Shown here: positions 1 through 12,802 of the stretch, piece after piece | Layout: each line of letters opens with the position of its first letter | Numbering within the stretch: position 1 is the stretch's first letter | Source: Ylistrum balloti | Taxonomy: Eukaryota | Length of the DNA: 64,000 bases | Assembly: GCF_031769215.1 (NCBI RefSeq) | Contig: NW_026782045.1 | Location: 1,240,001 to 1,304,000 of the forward strand | Direction of reading: 5' to 3' | The notes under the pieces: generated by a model | Seen by the model: the letters and a program-made list of their open reading frames with translations, nothing else | Told to the model about the DNA's origin: nothing | Databases searched by the model: none | Position numbers and translations under genes: made by a program

Positions 1-1690
1 CAGTATTTTATAATGTGGTGTATATATGTATCATAGTGTTGAAGGAGCAGTACTTTGTAATGTGGTGTATATATGTATCATAGTGTTGAAGGGGCAGTAT
101 TTTATAATGTGGTGGTTATATGTATCTAAGTGTTGAAGGGGCAGTATTTTATAATGTGGTGGATATATGTATCTAAGTGTTGAAGGGGCAGTATTTTATA
201 ATGTGGTGGATATATGTATCTAAGTGTTGAAGGGGCAGTACTTTATAATGTGGTGTATATATGTATCTAAGTGTTGAAGGGGCAGTATTTTATAATGTGG
301 TGTATATATGTATCTTAGTGTTGAAGAGGCAGTATTTTATAATGTGGTGGATATATGTATCTAAGTGTTGAAGGGGCAGTATTTTATAATGTGGTGGATA
401 TATGTATCTAAGTGTTGAAGGGGCAGTATTTTATAATGTGGTGGATATATGTATCTAAGTGTTGAAGGGGCAGTATTTTATAATGTGGTGTATATATGTA
501 TCATAGTGTTGAAGGGGCAGTATTTTATAATGTGGTGTATATATGTATCATAGTGTTGAAGGGGCAGTATTTTATAATGTGGTGTATATATGTATCATAG
601 TGTTGAAGGGGCAGTATTTTATAATGTGGTGTATATATGTATCTAAGTGTTGAAGGGGCAGTACTTTATAATGTGGTGTATATATGTATCTAAGTGTTGA
701 AGGGGCAGTATTTTATAATGTGGTGTATATATGTATCTTAGTGTTGAAGAGGCAGTATTTTATAATGTGGTGGATATATGTATCTAAGTGTTGAAGGGGC
801 AGTATAATGTGGTGGATATAATCTAAGTGTTGAAGGGGCAGTATTTTATAATGTGGTGGATATATGTATCTAAGTGTTGAAGGGGCAGTATTTTATAATG
901 TGGTGTATATATGTATCATAGTGTTGAAGGGGCAGTATTTTATAATGTGGTGTATATATGTATCATAGTGTTGAAGGGGCAGTATTTTATAATGTGGTGT
1001 ATATATGTATCATAGTGTTGAAGGGGCAGTATTTTATAATGTGGTGTATATATGTATCTAAGTGTTGAAGGGGCAGTACTTTATAATGTGGTGTATATAT
1101 GTATCTAAGTGTTGAAGGGGCAGTATTTTATAATGTGGTGGATATATGTATCTAAGTGTTGAAGGGGCAGTATTTTATAATGTGGTGTATATATGTATCA
1201 TAGTGTTGAAGGGGCAGTATTTTATAATGTGGTGGATATATGTATCTAAGTGTTGAAGGGGCAGTATTTTATAATGTGGTGTATATATGTATCTAAGTGT
1301 TGAAGGGGCAGTATTTTATAATGTGGTGTATATATGTATCAGTATTTTATAATGTGGTGTATATATGTAAGTGTTGAAGGGGCAGTATTTTATAATGTGG
1401 TGTATATATATATGTATCAGTATTTTATAATGTGGTGTATATATGTATATAGTGTTGTATTTTATAATGTGGTGTATATATGTAAGAAGGGGCAGTACTT
1501 TATAATGTGGTGTATATATGCATCTAAGTGTTGAAGGGGCAGTATTTTATAATGTGGTGTATATATGTATCTAAGTGTTGAAGGGGCAGTACTTTATAAT
1601 GTGGTGTATATATGTATCTAAGTGTTGAAGGGGCAGTATTTTATAATGTGGTGTATATATGTATCTAAGTGTTGAAGGCGCAGAATTTCA
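1..1690. repeat. 47-bp minisatellite, ~36 copies, runs off the left edge
   Basis: Unit taatgtggtgtatatatgtatc(at/ta)agtgttgaaggggcagtatttta repeats in tandem, with deleted units at ~1330-1490 and decay after 1680. Confidence 0.95.
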
Positions 1691-2377
1691 TAATACGGCA
1701 TATATTTTCATTTTAATGCTGAAGGCGCAGTAATTTAAATATGTGATGCATATATGCATGAGCGTGACAAATTATCATTGAAAGAAAAGTAAAAATATAG
1801 ATCTATCTACAAAACCATAAACAGCCTTAATGATGAAATATCATTATGTAATATACAATGACTGGCTTACATACAAAATTGTAGTATGGATCTACAAAAT
1901 GTCTTCTATAATCTACAAAACAGCAACAACCATGCATTATCAGTGGAATTTGCCACAAATATGTGACTCTCTAACATATAAAATATGTTCAATAACCAAC
2001 AAACTGTTAATATTAAAAAAGTTTCAACATAAGAACTGCACCTACTGGCTGAAGGCTATGAGTCCTCGTATTCGTTGTGGTAAACCGACAGCAAACATGT
2101 TATATACTGAATTGGACAATGGTATTTAGTGATAGAACTAAATACATTCTGCACAAACAGTTACATATGTGTTATTACAGCCATTACCACAAAAAACATG
2201 TCACGTTCTCATGAATCAACACCGACAACCAAATCTGTGGAATCCTTTTCAGATTTAAATATCTTACGATTTGTTCTCGTTTTGAATAAAAAATCAAGCA
2301 TCATATAATGGGAAATACAGACACAATTACCCGATAAGCATCCATAATGAGTTGTTTTTCAAATTATATATTGAGTC

Positions 2378-2657
2378 CACAGGCACTCGAGGCCAGGATA
2401 TTATTTTTTAAACATTGATTTTTGTTTTAGCACTCATGACTGACGTTATTTAAACGAAATATCAGCAGAATTCAAGTTTATGTGCCGGTTGACAAATCCG
2501 AGGTCCACGGTGTATTTTTAATGACCGTTGACCTCGGATTTGTCAACCGGCACATAAACTTGAATTCTGCTGATATTTCGTTTAAATAACGTCAGTCATG
2601 AGTGCTAAAACAAAAATCAATGTTTAAAATATAATATCCTGGCCTCGAGTGCCTGTG
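2378..2657. mobile_element. 280-bp foldback MITE with 8-bp TSD (hAT-like by TSD length)
   Basis: Arms 2378-2505 and 2530-2657 are reverse complements with one mismatch seen. The identical 8-mer attgagtc lies at 2370-2377 and 2658-2665. Termini are CACAGG...CCTGTG. Confidence 0.9.
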
Positions 2658-3937
2658 ATTGAGTCATCAAAGACTGTTCTGATGAATTCCTGACTTCTTA
2701 CTTTACTTCGCCAGAGAGTCCGCTTCAGATTTCTGCTAGCCCTTACAATATGTAGGTTATGTTTCCTGAGTGTGCAGCATGAGTGAAGAATAATGGCTAC
2801 ATATGTGAAGTATATTTGTAATTACTGAAAATACTGATATATTCAGCTAAATGTATTTGATTTGTTTTGCATGTTTTTGTACTAGGCTTTTTGATATCTA
2901 TAAGATAATCTGGTTTCATTAAGGGAAGCCTGGAACGGAAAATGTAATTTTCACTGTTAATATATAGCTACAACAGTCATCAACTTAATTAACCATGGAA
3001 ACAAGATATTACTGGCCTTGATAAAAACAAATGACCAAATTTATATTGGTAGGTTCACTAGCCCCATAATTGTGTTAATTCCAATATTTCTATATATCTG
3101 AGAATTTCTGGAGATTTATTCTCTGACAGTACACAGATTTATATTAAGCAAAGAGAAAAAGACAAAAGATATCTGATTGGTTAGTGTGAAGATAATTATT
3201 AAAAACTTGATATTACAGGGCATAACGAAGAGATATCCGATTGCTTGATAGGAAAGGTTATGAACATCATACAAATAATGATAATCTGAATATCTAAGTG
3301 ACCGAAATACTATTAGAGCACATTTATACAAATGTTGTTAAATATACACATCGCTCTTCAGACACCTATACAAATTTGTTACCAAAAAATTAAAATGGAA
3401 AAAACGCTAAATAATGCATGTTCAAATTAAAATCAAACATGATTTTTATCTGTTATCAATATACCACTTTTAAAACCATAGGAAACCTCACTAGTCTTAA
3501 AGATTATTACTGATGTATTTCTCATACTAATTCTTCAAAGGTTATTCAAAACTATTATATGTGTCCTATGGAAGCAATGTATTAATGTAACTATCTGGAT
3601 TTGAATTAAAGAGGCACAAATCAAACCTCTGTACAAACCCTTCACATTATAGGAAAGTAAATATGTAACCGACAAATACTGTATATGTATCACTCAAATT
3701 ACCTCACTCACTCTGACAAGCATTTTCTCAATGCTAGGATGAAAATCTCTACACACACACAAAATAATTCGATTCTATTGCTGAACTATAATACTACCAG
3801 AGTTATGTCCCCTTTAATTGTTTATTTCCGGACAATAATGACATTCATCAAATGTTGGGTTGTTTTGGACTTTACATAAACATTTGTATACATATATCTT
3901 TCAATATCATGGTAAACCATTTATCTTGTTTCATATC

Positions 3938-4051
3938 AATTATACAATTTTTATAATAATTATACAATTTTCATATTAATTATACAATTTTTATAGTAAT
4001 TATACAATTTTCATATTAATTATACAATTTTCATATTAATTATACAATTTC
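3938..4051. repeat. 20-bp AT-rich tandem repeat, ~5-6 copies
   Basis: aattatacaattttcatatt repeated with substitutions. Confidence 0.85.
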
Positions 4052-4723
4052 GGTACTTAAATTGTGTTGGAAATATCACATAAGGAGGGTTATAGAATAA
4101 AGCCTGCTATTTAGTGTTTACTTACAACAAATATGTAAAGTGAATAATATAGAGGTGTTTATATGTTTAAATTCCATTCACAATGTATTACTGACACAAA
4201 CATAGATGTGAAATTAAAAAATTAACAAATTTGTAAAAATTAAAATCACAGAAATCACCAGTAACATACATAAAACATAAGATAGGGAAGAAACTCTCTC
4301 AGCATCCTGACCTATTTTTCATAACTGAATCAAGAAAAATAAGCCTAGCCAACAATTTGATTCTTTTTGTATCATGATGTTTTAACTCACAAGAGTACTA
4401 GTAAATCTTCCGATGTTCAAATTACATAGGACAGTGTTGTAAATCCGTTTTATGTAAGATGTGGATATAACAAAAAATATATCACATGTAAGTTTTACAT
4501 TTTCTTTTTTTTCAAAAATAATGGACAAATTTTATCACCTCAAAAATTTCTGTAGGACTTTTGGGCAAGTTTTGAACATTAACTCTAAAACTGGGTTCTC
4601 TAAATCTAAGCGAGTCCAACAGGAAAAGCATAAACCCTGGACTAAAATATTTGAGTCCTTAAAATCACTGTTGTCTTCAAAACAAAATAAAAAAAAACCT
4701 TTGATGAATCTATCATCAATATA

Positions 4724-5728
4724 ACTACCTCACAATACTACCACCTGGAGTAACTCCTCACAATACTACCACCTGGAGTAACTCCTCACAATACTACCAC
4801 CTGGAGTAACTCCTCACAATACTACCACATCGAGTAACTCCTCACAATACTACCACCTGGAGTAACTCCTCACAATACTACCACCTGGAGTAACTCCTCA
4901 CAATACTACCACCTGGAGTAACTCCTCACAATACTACCACATCGAGTAACTCCTCACAATACTACCACCTGGAGTAACTCCTCACAATACTATCACCTGG
5001 AGTAACTCCTCACAATACTGCCACCTCGAGTAACTCATCACAATACTACCACCTGGAGTAACTCCTCACAATACTACCACCTGGAGTAACTCCTCACAAT
5101 ACTACCACCTGGAGTAACTCCTCACAATACTACCACCTGGAGTAACTCCTCACAATACTATCACCTGGAGTAACTCCTCACAATACTACCACCTGGAGTA
5201 ACTCCTCACAATACTACCACCTGGAGTAACTCCTCACAATACTGCCACCTCGAGTAACTCCTCACAATACTACCACCTGGAGTAACTCCTCAAAATACTA
5301 CCACCTGGAGTAACTCCTCACAATACTGCCACCTCGAGTAACTCCTCACAATACTACCACCTCGAGTGACTCCTCACAATACTACCACCTCGAGTAACTC
5401 CTCACAATACTACCACCTGGAGTAACTCCTCACAATACTACCACCTGGAGTAACTCCTCACAATACTAACACCTGGAGTAACTCCTCACAATACTAACAC
5501 CTGGAGTAACTCCTCATAATACTAACACCTGGAGTAACTCCTCACAATACTAACACCTGGAGTAACTCCTCACAATACTTACACCTGGAGTAACTCCTCA
5601 CAATACTAACACCTGGAGTAATTCCTTATAATACTACCACCTGGAGTAACTCCTCACAGTACTACCACCTCGAGTAACTCCCCACAATACTACCACCTCG
5701 AGTAACTCCTCATAATAATACCACTCCT
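4724..5728. repeat. 28-bp minisatellite, ~36 copies
   Basis: Unit actaccacctggagtaactcctcacaat, with an internal GAGT-A-ACTC inverted repeat. Confidence 0.95.
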
Positions 5729-7426
5729 CTAGCACAAAAGAATAGTTAGATAAAGTTTCAATAAAAAGAGACAGGTCCATGATAAACATATGATAAAGTC
5801 AGTTTTGTATACATGTAGGATTTCAGATTAGGCAAGGTTGGATATATCAAGGAAACAAATACTGTTGTTGTATAAGTTTTCATATACTTACTATAGGTCT
5901 ACTCCCAGACAAAAAAACAATCTATTGGCCGTTTCATCCCCATCTGTCATTTGTTTGGATTATTTCCCAGTTCCTTGTAGGGAAATTTCACATACTTGTG
6001 ATTAACTGTTAGTGACATTATACTAATTACCCTGGGTATTTAGGATAATTGCAGACATCAATTAAACAGTTTGGATAAATGTTTGCTCATAAAGCTTTAT
6101 TACACATAAACATAACATAGATGCTTATACAATTTGGATTCCTTTAATTGAACAACTTCTTAAAACTTCATAATTCGCAAGAAAATGTCTCTCCCCTCAT
6201 ATTTGTAAAAAACAAATCCGATGATATAAGCAAATTATCTTTAAGGGAAAGGAGTCAGAAACTATTTATATTTTGCTTTCTTATAAACGTACGGTTGCTT
6301 CTCCATCCATTCATTCTCACAACATCAGACTTACAACCAAACACCATACTGAGTACTCAAATGACCTGAATGATTAACACCTTACACTTTAAGAAGACAA
6401 CTAGGTCATTCATCAAGTTTTATTTTCAGTTATTAAAGGATTAGCATTAGTCATTTCTTATGTTATTGAGCAATAAAAGAAAAAACGGAGTGTACTTATA
6501 ATAAATCATGGTTTAAGCCAGTAGTCCACTCCGTTGTTTAGTGTTAAACCTTATTACAAAATTACACAACGTGATATTTTAAACTTTTATAATGGCCCTT
6601 TTTTATAATCTTTTACATTGCCACATTGGCCAATCAAACATGATGACATAAAATTATTGGCCAATGAAAATGCTTGTTTCAAAGAGGATTGAATTATCAG
6701 TTGTATATCATCACCAGCTGACTTATACATAAGGTCCACATTTTGTATGCATATTATGTTTTATACTTTATTTTTCCCTTTGAAAAGGTCAGCCTGGTGC
6801 ACTATATTACTTGGCGTGTAGATTACACATAGCCATTAGACATAAGACAATGGACACATCACCCCCAGTAGTATAGCTGACAAAATGTTCTTGTCCTTCT
6901 ACTGCAGGTTGTTTTCCCTATACATACTCTGTCTCCTAGTACTACTGGTTGTCTAATTCACATATTTGAAGTCTAACAGAAAAAAAAAATTATGGCAGCA
7001 TTTTAAAAATTAACTGATAGCATTTTAAAAACTAAAAGACAACATTTCATTTTTGTATTAGAATATTGCATATACATTTCAAATGTCATCAAACTTATCA
7101 AAGATACAAAGAGTTCAAAGGTCAAATATGGCAAATGACAGACTTTCCACTTTCTACCTGATATTTTGTTGGTGTAGGAAATAATGCTTTGATATAAAAC
7201 TCTAATGGTTTTATTATAAAATACATATTACATTTCCATATCTCACTATATACACATATCCTACCACATTCAGGAAGTTTCACTACATTTCACCATGAAA
7301 ACAGTTCCACTCATTATCACAAGTACAGTGTTGTACTAAAACAACAGTTTGTATAGGACCATGTTTCAGGCTAGCTCACAACAGATGGGTGATGATTGTT
7401 TTCATACTTGAGTGTTTTACCAGTTG

Positions 7427-7546
7427 CTAAGAACAACATCCGCCCTCATTTTTCTTTGATTTTCGGAACCGATCTTCATCTCCTAATTCAATTTTATCAC
7501 GGTCGTTTTCGTCCTCCGCTCTTAAATTTTGATCGTTTTGTAAAAT
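7427..7546 (-). CDS. RAB32/38: Rab32/38 last coding exon (ILQNDQNLRAEDENDRDKIELGDEDRFRKSKKNEGGCCS*)
   Basis: Acceptor ttcttttttTGTAG at 7547-7548, 120 nt, phase 0, ends in CCS then TAG. Not in the ORF track because it has no start codon. Confidence 0.9.
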   Translation of the reverse strand: MLQNDQNLRAEDENDRDKIELGDEDRFRKSKKNEGGCCS

Positions 7547-10500
7547 CTACAAAAAAAGAAGTTTGAGAAGACAAATATGAAATGGAGCCCAATAGTGTCC
7601 TTGTTGAATAGTTTGGCAATTTCAGTGTGAAATTTGGGGTCAAAATATTTTGACATTTTGTTGATGAAGGAAGTGATGAAATTTTAATAGTGAATATTTC
7701 TAGCATGATGCCTCTAAAATCTGATCCCTTGCTAATCCTAAATTTGTCTAGAGATGGACTCTAGAGTATTCTGACATATTAATTATCTAAATAGAACCAA
7801 GGCAACTTGATACCTTTCCTGCACTGTTTTTATCTGTCTGATCCTAAAACCAAGTCTCAACACTGCTTAACAATTCTAATTTTCTTCTAACCACATTTTT
7901 TTTTCTTAGTTTGACAGAGGATATCATTTGATGTTGAAAGTCGGGAAATAAAATCTCAAACTACAAACCAAAAATTGCTAAATCCAAATTTGATATAAGG
8001 ACATTGCTTCTCTTTATCAGTAATGTATAAATATTCCAAACACCAATTAAATATCAATCTTAATCCTGTGACTTGTTGCTGAACCTGACCCTTCTATTTA
8101 TTGAGCTCATAGAAAATTCTGTATACTAATTAACATACCTTATATATTGGTAACTTAAAAGAACCAAGGGGCATAACTCTCAGATCTGCATGAGACTCAA
8201 AATCAAACTCAAAAACTCTGATGGGTTGCATTTGGTATTGAGCTCTTTTGTATGGGAGACCTAGATGTCAGTAATGTTTCCTTGTAAGTGATACATACCC
8301 TATTTACTAAGTATCTAGTGGATTCATCGATGTTTATATTTTCTTTAGCCGACGTCTCAAACCAGCCGACGAACCCCTTTTCATGACAGAACTCATCCAT
8401 ATGTGCTGAATTGTTCACTAATCCTTCCTTTGCTTGGTCACACTGTCAACACAAAAATCACAGATCTTAACTGAACTCTGTAAGCTTTCAATTCACTCTT
8501 AAATAAGATACATTATGTTCAATGTTTGAATTGGTTTTGATAATGAAGCAACATATTTACAACATAGAGCTGACCATTAATAAAAAATACTACCATACTG
8601 AGTGTAAATAATTTAACAAAAGATTATGTAAGTTAATAATGAACTTCTGGATTCTGGAGAAAATAGAAAATCAAAAATCTGATCTTCTAAATCTACATCA
8701 GGAAGTAAAGACAGACTACAGGGCTGTTGTCTGATATCTAGACATGATCTTATTAGGCACTAACACACAGGGTACAGGGCTGTTGTCTGTTATCTAGACA
8801 TGATCTTATTAGGCAGTAACACACAGGGTACAGGGCTGTTGTCTGTTATCTAGACATGATCTTATAAGGCAATAACACACAGACTACAGGGCTGTTGTCT
8901 GTTATCTAGACATGATCTTATAAGGCAATAACACACAGGGTACAGGGCTGTTGTCTGTTTATTAGATATAACCTTACTAGCCAGTAACACACAAGGTGCT
9001 GGGGCGTTGTCTGTTATTAAGACATGACCTTATTAGGAAGTAACACACAGGGTACAGGGCTGTTGTCTGTTTATTAGATATTACCTTACTAGCCAGTAAC
9101 ACACAAGGTGCAGGGGCGTTGTCTGTTATTTAGACATGACCTTAATAAGCAGTAACACACAAGGTGCAGGGGCGTTGTCTATTATTTAGACATGACCTTA
9201 TTAAGCAGTAACACACAAGGTGCTGGGGCGTTGTATGTTATTTAGACATTACCTTATTAGGCAGTAACACACACACTGTTCATTAGATATTACCTTACTA
9301 GCCAGTAATACACAAGGTGCAGGGGCGTTGTCTATTATTTAGACATGACCTTATTAAGCAGTAACACACAAGGTGCTGGGGCGTTGTCTATTATTTAGAC
9401 ATGACCTTATTAAGCAGTAACACACAAGGTGCAGGGGCGTTGTCTATTATTTAGACATGACCTTATTAAGCAGTAACACACAAGGTGCTGGGGCGTTGTA
9501 TGTTATTTAGACATTACCTTATTAGGCAGTAACACACAGGGTACAGGGCTGTTGTCTGTTCATTAGATATTACCTTACTAGCCAGTAATACACAAGGTGC
9601 AGGGGCGTTGTCTATTATTTAGACATGACCTTATTAAGCAGTAACACACAAGGTGCTGGGGCGTTGTCTATTATTTAGACATGACCTTATTAAGCAGTAA
9701 CACACAAGGTGCTGGGGCGTTGTATGTTATTTAGACATTACCTTATTAGGCAGTAACACACAGGGTACAGGGCTGTTGTCTGTTCATTAGATATTACCTT
9801 ACTAGCCAGTAATACACAAGGTGCTGGGGCGTTGTATGTTATTTAGACATGACCTTATTTGGCAGTAACACACAGGATACAGGGCTGTTGTCTGTTCATT
9901 AGATATTACCTTACTAGCCAGTAACACACAAGGTGCAGGGGCGTTGTCTATTATTTAGACATGACCTTATTAAGCAGTAACACACAAGGTGCTGGGGCGT
10001 TGTATGTTATTTAGACATGACCTTATTTGGCAGTAACACACAGGATACAGGGCTGTTGTCTGTTCATTAGATATTACCTTACTAGCCAGTAACACACAAG
10101 GTGCAGGGGCGTTGTCTATTATTTAGACATGACCTTATTAAGCAGTAACACACAAGGTGCTGGGGCGTTGTATGTTATTTAGACATTACCTTATTAGGCA
10201 GTAACACACAGGGTACAGGGCTGTTGTCTGTTATTTAGACATGACCTTATTAGGCAGTAACACACAGGGTACAAGGCTGTTATCTGTTTATTAGATATTA
10301 CCTTACTAGGCAGTCATACACAAGGTGCTGGGGCGTTGTCTGTTATTTAGACATGACCTTATTAGGCAGTAACACACAGGATACAGGGCTGTTGTCTGTT
10401 TATTAGATATTACCTTACTAGCCAGTAACTCACAAGGTGCTGGGGCGTTGTCTGTTATTTAGACATGACCTTATTTGGCAGTAACACACAGGGTACAGGG

Positions 10501-11926
10501 CTGTTGTCTCTTATTTAGACATTACCTTACTAGGCAGTAATACACAAGGTGCTGGGGCGTTGTCTGTTATTTAGACATGACCTTATTTGGCAGTAACACA
10601 CAGGGTACAGGGCTGTTGTCTGTTTATTAGATATTACCTTATTAGCCAGTAACACACAAGGTACAGGGCTTCCATCTGCTAACTGCACTTTACTGTCAAG
10701 GTCACCTTTCCATTTAGTGACAGCATCAAATGTAGATGCTCTTGTGACGTCAAACACTATAATACAGCCCACTGCCTCACGATAATAAACCCGGGTCATG
10801 TTTCCGAACCTCTCCTGGCCTAAAAGAAAAAATGTTTAGGTACTGACATACATGTACAAAGAAAAACTGCTGAACCGATCATTTTGTTTAAAATACAGCC
10901 AAGATGACTTTTAAACAAATAGCGAAAGCTTAAATCAGCAATAATTTTTTCCTTGCCATAAGGAAAGAAGATTTCACTGAATTGTAGCAGTATGTATTTC
11001 ACCAATGGCGATTGTGATGTTACTGATAATGAAACCAACTTTATGACTTACCAGCAATATCCCAAAGCTGTAGCCGTACAATTGTTTCTGCATCCCAATT
11101 TAGAACTTTTAACGCAAAATCTACACCTATCTGTGATAATGTTAAGGGAAAGATAAAGTTATCAACAATAACATGCGATATAGTGAACGGAACGTTACTC
11201 TGTTACAACCATAAAAGACTTCAGTGTGTATCTGAGCACAGAATACAAACATGGAAAGCATATTAAAAAATTGTAATATTTTGTTTAAACAAAGCTATTT
11301 TCAATTCACATAAAATTCCCACAGGATTGTTTACTTTGATCACATAGGCATGTTTTTAAAATGTTTAATTTTGAAATTCAGTTTCCATTTAGCAATGAAA
11401 TGCTAACATTATATCATTTAGACACCATTTAACATCATAAAGGAAACAACATCTTAACTGTTGAAAATCTAAGACATTATTTCTTAAGAAACAAAAGCAA
11501 AACACAGGACTTAACTTCCTTGTTCCAATATGACCAAGCCCCAAACACTGACATGGGTCACGATTATTCATTATTCAGCATAATACTTCCCTACTTGGTA
11601 TTTATCAGTAATCATGTGTACCAGCCCAGGACATTACTTCAAATCCAAGTTGATGAAAAGTCCTTCCATAAAAAAATTAATATTTCTTCTAAATCGATTC
11701 CTAATTCTTTTCTAGTATTCTAGTGACAAGGTGTCTACATACAAAAATATACCCGGTGCACATCAAATAATGATTGGACTGTGATAAAGGATACGGTGGC
11801 TCTGTAGTGTTGAGAAAAGAACTGATGAACATATCGTTTGATAATACTTGTCTTTCCTGTACCGAGCTCCCCAATGACCAGTATTTTGTACAAGTGTTCT
11901 TTCTTAGCGTTCTCAGTGGCTCCTGC
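7427..11926 (-). CDS. RAB32/38: Rab32/38-family small GTPase, spliced CDS lacking only its first exon
   Basis: Exons 11926-11795, 11130-11052, 10819-10638, 8442-8299 and 7546-7427 join in frame with GT-AG boundaries. They encode GELGTGKT (G1), YRATIGVDF, WDIAGQERFG (Ile in G3, typical of Rab32/38/29), LLANKCD (G4), ETSAK (G5) and a C-terminal GGCCS prenylation motif. Confidence 0.96.
8299..8442 (-). CDS. RAB32/38: Rab32/38 exon (CDQAKEG...WFETSAKENINIDESTRYLVNR)
   Basis: Acceptor gttgacAG, donor AGG|GTATGT, 144 nt, contains ETSAK. Confidence 0.95.
8712..10670 (-). repeat. 56-bp minisatellite, ~35 copies, derived from the Rab exon/intron junction
   Basis: The sense-strand unit is ccctgtacc(c/t)tgtgtgttactg..aataag|gt(a/c)at.tct..ataacagacaacag. 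The first copy is the coding end of exon 10638-10819. Confidence 0.95.
10638..10819 (-). CDS. RAB32/38: Rab32/38 exon (GQERFGNMTRVYYREAVG...PVPCVLLANK)
   Basis: Acceptor tttcttttAG, donor AAG|GTAATA, 182 nt, phase 1 to 0. Confidence 0.96.
11052..11130 (-). CDS. RAB32/38: Rab32/38 exon (IGVDFALKVLNWDAETIVRLQLWDIA)
   Basis: 79 nt, donor G|GTAAGT, phase 0 to 1. Confidence 0.95.
11131..11794 (-). other. U12-type (minor spliceosome) GT-AG intron, 664 nt
   Basis: 5' end GTATCCTTT (11794-11786). Branch site ttccCTTAAC (core CCTTAAC at 11147-11141) lies 10 nt upstream of the 3' end, with no polypyrimidine tract after it. Confidence 0.9.
11795..11926 (-). CDS. RAB32/38: Rab32/38 exon (AGATENAKKEHLYKILVIGELGTGKTSIIKRYVHQFFSQHYRAT)
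   Basis: Acceptor atttttatttGCAG at 11927-11928, 132 nt, contains the P-loop. Confidence 0.95.
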
Positions 11927-12802
11927 CTGCAAATAAAAATTTCTTTTTTATAAATTATACTCTTTTTCATTTCATTTTTTCTTAATTTAAAATTCATTTT
12001 CATATACAGTGTACAGGTTGCGTTCCTAACAAGTTGATCTCATCTGGAAAAAAATGTTTTAATGACAAACATATACATCAACATCCCCTGTGAAATATTT
12101 AGTTCAATAAAGCTGTTATATGAGATTGAGAAATTCTCAAAGCAACATATCTTCTTCTGTTAAAATCTTGATCTTTTCAGAAAATAATTAATCCGGAATC
12201 ACAATACCAAGTGAGTTAGATCAACAACTGGTCTCACAACTTTAGTCTTAAGTTGGTATCAGGTGTTAGGCTTGTGAATTCTGATGAAATTGTAATTCTA
12301 AATGTTTATCTTAAGAGCAATAATATCCTCAAGTAACACACAATATGCAGGGATCTTAAAAACCCCAAAAACTTCTTTCCATATTTGGATAAAATTTTAA
12401 AAGTTGTGCACATCATTTTAGATTTAAGTTGTTTTCAAATTCAACAATCAACATAAGATCTGCCGAGCTTTTATTACGAATTCACTAAATATTTAAAATT
12501 GACCCCTTCATACATATTTGTCTATGTATACAAGTATCTGAAGCAGGATAATCATTCAACATCATGTGAGATGATGTAGATAACATACGCAGGTGATTCA
12601 TAAACAAAAATCTGACATCAGCCTAAAATGTAGGTCTGGTATATCTCTGGTGGTATAGAACGCGTCATACACCTGTACAAAGTAAACAAAATAACAGTAA
12701 ACAACAGTGTATATTGTAGGTATATATATAGAAAAACATGCAGGTGAAAATTATCATCCAGACAGAAGTAACGTAATTAGGGTTGCTGAAGTATCTGGAA
12801 GT

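Noticed and set aside
4724-5728. CRISPR-like look (28-bp repeat with an internal palindrome), also true of the 35-bp array at 24 kb
   Set aside because: Units are head-to-tail with no unique spacers, there are no cas genes, and the context is eukaryotic with introns.
12589-12672. 84-nt minus-strand segment bounded by tttgtacAG and GTATGT, a possible Rab cassette exon
   Set aside because: It has stops in all three frames. It could contribute only as a UTR exon with ATG AAT CAC CTG C using a 4-nt-shifted acceptor at 11922, which is too speculative without cDNA.
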